Made by a program: the position numbers and the translations under genes | Shown: positions 28,782 through 32,000 of the stretch, piece by piece | Layout of the letters: each line of letters opens with the position of its first letter | Numbering within the stretch: position 1 is the first letter of the stretch | Notes under the pieces: generated by a model | Databases searched by the model: none | What the model was told of the DNA's origin: nothing | Seen by the model: the letters and a program-made list of their open reading frames with translations, nothing else | Assembly: GCA_042852035.1 (NCBI GenBank) | Contig: BAAFHK010000001.1 | Coordinates: forward strand, 60,001-92,000 | Origin: Candidatus Saccharimonadota bacterium | GTDB lineage: Bacteria; Patescibacteriota; Gracilibacteria; BD1-5; UBA2023 | Direction of reading: 5' to 3' | Length of the DNA stretch: 32,000 nt

Positions 28782-30011
28782 ATGGCACTCTCAAATTTTC
28801 CTGATTATTCATATGACATGCTTTGACCGCCTTTGGATACTAAAAAGGTGGAACCACCAAGCTTACCCTCTTTTATGAAAGAAGGGGTACATGAAAGTGT
28901 AGAAATGAATCTTGCAGAACTTAGAAAAACACTCATTCCTACAGATGAAATGGCACGTCAAATCGATAGACAGTCTGATCCTATTTGAGGCATACATTGA
29001 CTCAAACTAGTTCTCTCGAAAACGAATAACTATAAATGAAAAATTGATGGAAACATTGATGAATGAAAGAATGTATGAGGTTCAAGAATTAATCCACTGG
29101 TAAAATGACTTATTGATTTCCAGGTTTCCTATAATAGCCCATTTCGCCTTGGAGAAGATGGAAGACCGCTGGATAAATCAAGTCCAGGCACTGAATATAA
29201 GCAATGAATCCCTAGGAATGAAATCGGAAAGCTTTGACCTGTGACTTTAACGGTTCTTCTTGATTTTGCGAAAAATAATGGTCTTACTCTTCCACCTTCC
29301 CGTTGAGATAAGAAATTTGAAAACACTTGAGAGTTTATACAGAAATATGGTCCGATGGTTGATTATTTGACTCAAGCACTCGGTCTTCCTAAAAATTTGA
29401 TTCTCTGAATAGCAAAACAAGAATCGAATCTTTGAACCAATCCAAATGACTATTGGTGAGGGAATGGAGTGCTTCAGCTCACTAGTGCTCCTTTGGCAGA
29501 CATGACGGGGGTTACTCAAAATAAGTCTGTTATTGATTGGAGAAAGATTGGAATTTACCAAAATATTTTTAAAAAGATTGATTCAAAGTTCTTAAAAACC
29601 ATTCCATTTTGATCAGTTATGAATAATGTTGGATCGAGTCTGGATGATGATGCATGGAGTGTTGTGGATACTCTTTGTTCTGGAAATACTGACCCAAAGA
29701 GTTTCCGTGAGGCTATGTTAAAGGTTCAATCTTGGGAAAGAGGAAAATTCCGATGACTGACATATCATACACTCAATATACTCGTCGGATCCGCTTACCT
29801 CTCTTATATACAAAATTATCGACTGAAATGAAGTCAGAATGTGGCAAGCATTGCTCAAGCATATAATTGATCATGACATAAAGAACTCTATGCTCAATCA
29901 GTGAGTAGACATGTGAAATCATTTAGTATTGCCTGAAGACCAAATACAAAGCCTCAATCAAATCAAACTCTTCTAGCTCAAGACGATAATCTCGATAACG
30001 ATGTTGCTTAG
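28782..30011 (+). CDS. Lytic transglycosylase (SLT domain) with PG-binding-like repeat (409 aa)
   Basis: ..[14 protein letters not shown]-.. resembles PG_binding_1. SLT catalytic region [24 protein letters not shown] and AQAYN-G-S-G-H. 20 in-frame TGA, every line checked. Confidence 0.8.
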
Positions 30012-31024
30012 ATTTTTGGGTGAGAAATATATTCCTCACCCTTTTTTGTAATCTGCCTCCCACGTGGAGTTCTTTCGATGAGTCCAATCTGAAGGAGATA
30101 TGGCTCTACCACATCCTCAATTGTAGACACCTCTTCGCCGATAACTGAGGCAATTGTAGAAAGTCCAGTCGCTCTTCAGGAGAAAGTATCCCGTAGATGA
30201 TGAAGAAGCTTCCTATCGAGAGAATCGAGCCCAGCGATATCTACCCCAAATCCATGAAATATTTCATCGCAATCTTCTTTTGTGGAGATATTTCTTCCAG
30301 TAGTCATGTAATCGCGTAGAATTTTCACGTATCTATTTGCGATACGTGGAGTTCCACGAGAACGAAGGGCGATAGAAGTAATCGTATCAGATTCAACCTT
30401 CTCTAAAGAAAGAATCTTAAATGATCGTTGTACAATTGTTGCAAGCTCCTCAGTATTATAGAAATCAAGTTTGAGGACATTCCCAAATCGATCTCGGAGA
30501 GGATTCGAGAGGCTGGAAAGTTTTGTTGTTGCTCCAATAAGTGTAAATTTTGGAATATCCATTTTAACACTTGTGCTTCCTGTTCCACTTCCAATCATGA
30601 TATCAATCTGAAAGTCCTCCATCGCTGAATATAGAATTTCTTCGATTTGTGGCCTGAGGCGATGAATTTCGTCAATGAAAAGAATTTCTCACTCAGTAAG
30701 GCTTGTGAGAAGGGAAATAATGTCAGCCTGTTTTTCTATAGCTGGACCACTTGTATGCTTAATTGGTGATCCCATCTCGTGGGCGATTACGGTCGAAATT
30801 GTGGTCTTCCCAAGCCCTGGAGGACCATAAAAAAGAATGTGCTCAAGTGGGGATTTTCGTATTTTTGCACTTTGTATAGCCACTCCGAGATGTCTTTTCA
30901 TCGATTCCTGTCAGACATACTCGCCGAGAGTCCGGGGGCGGAGAGATATTTCGGAGATGATTTCTTCTTCGCTTTGCTCGGGTTTCACAATTCGTGTAAT
31001 GTCAGAAGAGGATTTGATAGCCAT
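30008..31024 (-). CDS. ruvB: Holliday junction DNA helicase RuvB (338 aa)
   Basis: [11 protein letters not shown](TGA 30911-30913)-[13 protein letters not shown] (Walker A), [22 protein letters not shown] at 30008-30010. The ATG at 31024 (MAIKSS) is preferred over the upstream TTG at 31150. Confidence 0.93.
30018..30047 (+). terminator. Terminator of the SLT gene, embedded in the last codons of ruvB
   Basis: GGGTGAG-loop-CTCACCC followed by TTTTTT on the plus strand. On the minus strand, the same bases encode ..[11 protein letters not shown]. Confidence 0.65.
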
Positions 31025-31085
31025 AATAAGGGAGATTATATTAAAAAAATGATGCCAAGCAAAGAGAAAAAATGAATTAATTATT

Positions 31086-31115
31086 AAAAAAGTCAATAAT
31101 AATATTGACTTTTTT
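31086..31115. repeat. Perfect 12-bp inverted repeat with back-to-back TTGACT hexamers
   Basis: AAAAAAGTCAAT-AATAAT-ATTGACTTTTTT, in the ruvB / 31155-ORF intergenic region. Confidence 0.7.
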
Positions 31116-31154
31116 AAATAAAAGGTTATTTTTAACTGAATTTTATTCAATACA

Positions 31155-31862
31155 GTGATTAGTACCGCTAAAACTTCATGATCAGAATCTGCTACTATTG
31201 AGCCGTTTTTTGACCAAAAAGTAGCTCAGGAGATGCCAAACGTATCACTCATAAGGGGTGGTGGTGAAAAACCTGTCCTTTCCGTCTGAAGGGTTCAATT
31301 AGCAATGTCGATGAATCCGAAGGTCTTGGTAGAAAAAATACGGAATCACCCAAAAAATCCCGCCAAGAGACCAATTGATAAGCAAAAACTTAATAAGGCA
31401 ATCAGCCTCGCTATGGGGCTTCCATTTAAGCCAAGAAAATCATGAGAGCCTTATGTGGCACATCTTTTGAGATCAGCACTTTACTATCTCAATTTTTGTC
31501 CAAACCCTACTGTTGATGGCTTGATGGCAGCCATCCATCACGATTCATATGAGGAGCACCCGGAAGGAGTGAATAGAATTCGTTGAGCCATTGGAGTTAC
31601 ATCACTTGAAACCGTTATGGCACTCTCAAAAATGCCACCTAAACTTTTGGAAGAGACTGATCGGAAGTGAATTTCCCCAAGAGTGATGGGGGTTCATAAG
31701 CGAGTACGAAGTGCCCTAGAAAGCCATAGTATGGTTTTAGATGCGCTAAATTTTGAGGCAACTGCCTTCAAACTTGCGAGAAATTCTCTTGAAATGCTCC
31801 CATTTCTGCGGGAACTTGTAACTCCAGAGGTCTTTTTAAGAGAGCTTGCAGCTACGGAATAA
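31155..31862 (+). CDS. Hypothetical protein (209-235 aa)
   Basis: The frame is open from 31122 to TAA 31860-31862 with 6 TGA, checked line by line. Candidate starts are GTG 31155 and ATG 31233. No family recognised. Confidence 0.55.
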
Positions 31863-32000
31863 TCTCTCGTAGGATCGCGTTCACATAACCCAGATGACTT
31901 GATTGCTCTCTGAGAGCTCTATCAGAGGCTTAGAATGTGAAGCGACAATGAAGATCTTTATGAAGAGATGGCTCTTGCAATAGGGCTTTTAGAAACAGAA
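31863..32000 (+). CDS. Possible 5' part of a further CDS running off the window
   Basis: The same frame stays open (46 codons, 2 TGA) from just after the TAA to the window end and reads protein-like (..DDLIAL-G-ELYQRLRM-G-SDNEDLYEEMALAIGLLETE). No ATG start was identified. Confidence 0.25.

Noticed and set aside
30911-31150. N-terminally extended RuvB starting at 31150
   Set aside because: The start there is TTG, and the extension is a hydrophobic AT-rich artefact that reads through the intergenic palindrome. The ATG at 31024 gives the canonical RuvB N-terminus.

Overview
This is an AT-rich bacterial chromosome segment (roughly one-third GC by eye). In the supplied standard-code ORF track, most recognisable housekeeping genes are split by in-frame TGA. 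Wherever such a TGA falls in a motif I recognise, it sits at a conserved glycine: GIGERTGN in the LeuA-like gene, NLGGG in Orn decarboxylase, ILDG and IDVG in FolD, PFG in GlyRS, EYVGQ in RuvB, RTGG in UppS, and EGG in SodB. I therefore re-translated both strands by hand with TGA=Gly (translation table 25, the Gracilibacteria/Absconditabacteria-SR1 type of Patescibacteria/CPR). All CDS coordinates below are table-25 models. Each has a length divisible by 3, and most were checked codon by codon for the absence of in-frame TAA/TAG.

Gene content:
- Housekeeping and metabolism: sodB, thrS, glyQS, an Orn/Lys decarboxylase, ppa, ruvX, rplI, tRNA-Gln(UUG), rplU, uppS, a polyprenyl synthase, folD, ruvB, and a LeuA-family synthase.
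- Envelope: a WecA/MraY-type GT4 transferase, DedA, MgtC, VKOR, a DUF155 protein, an RRM protein, a LysM-CHAP hydrolase and an SLT transglycosylase.
- Lineage-specific genes: several lipoprotein, membrane and hypothetical genes that are invisible or fragmented in the standard-code track.

The main anomalies:
1. Two sharply bounded GC-rich islands (about 160-660 and about 9245-9950). Each carries one uninterrupted standard-code ORF that ends in TGA and is followed by a GC-rich hairpin. Each is driven from an AT-rich host-type TTGACA-N17 promoter.
2. Two leader-peptide attenuators with classic 1-2-3-4 architecture. One is Leu-rich and sits upstream of the leuA-like gene. The other has four consecutive Ile codons and sits upstream of an unknown gene.
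3. A very uneven TGA(Gly) density between genes.

No CRISPR array, rRNA, transposase or integrase was seen. Everything was done by eye, with no database search. Start codons are less certain than stop codons, and the first ~100 nt of the window could not be assigned to a strand.
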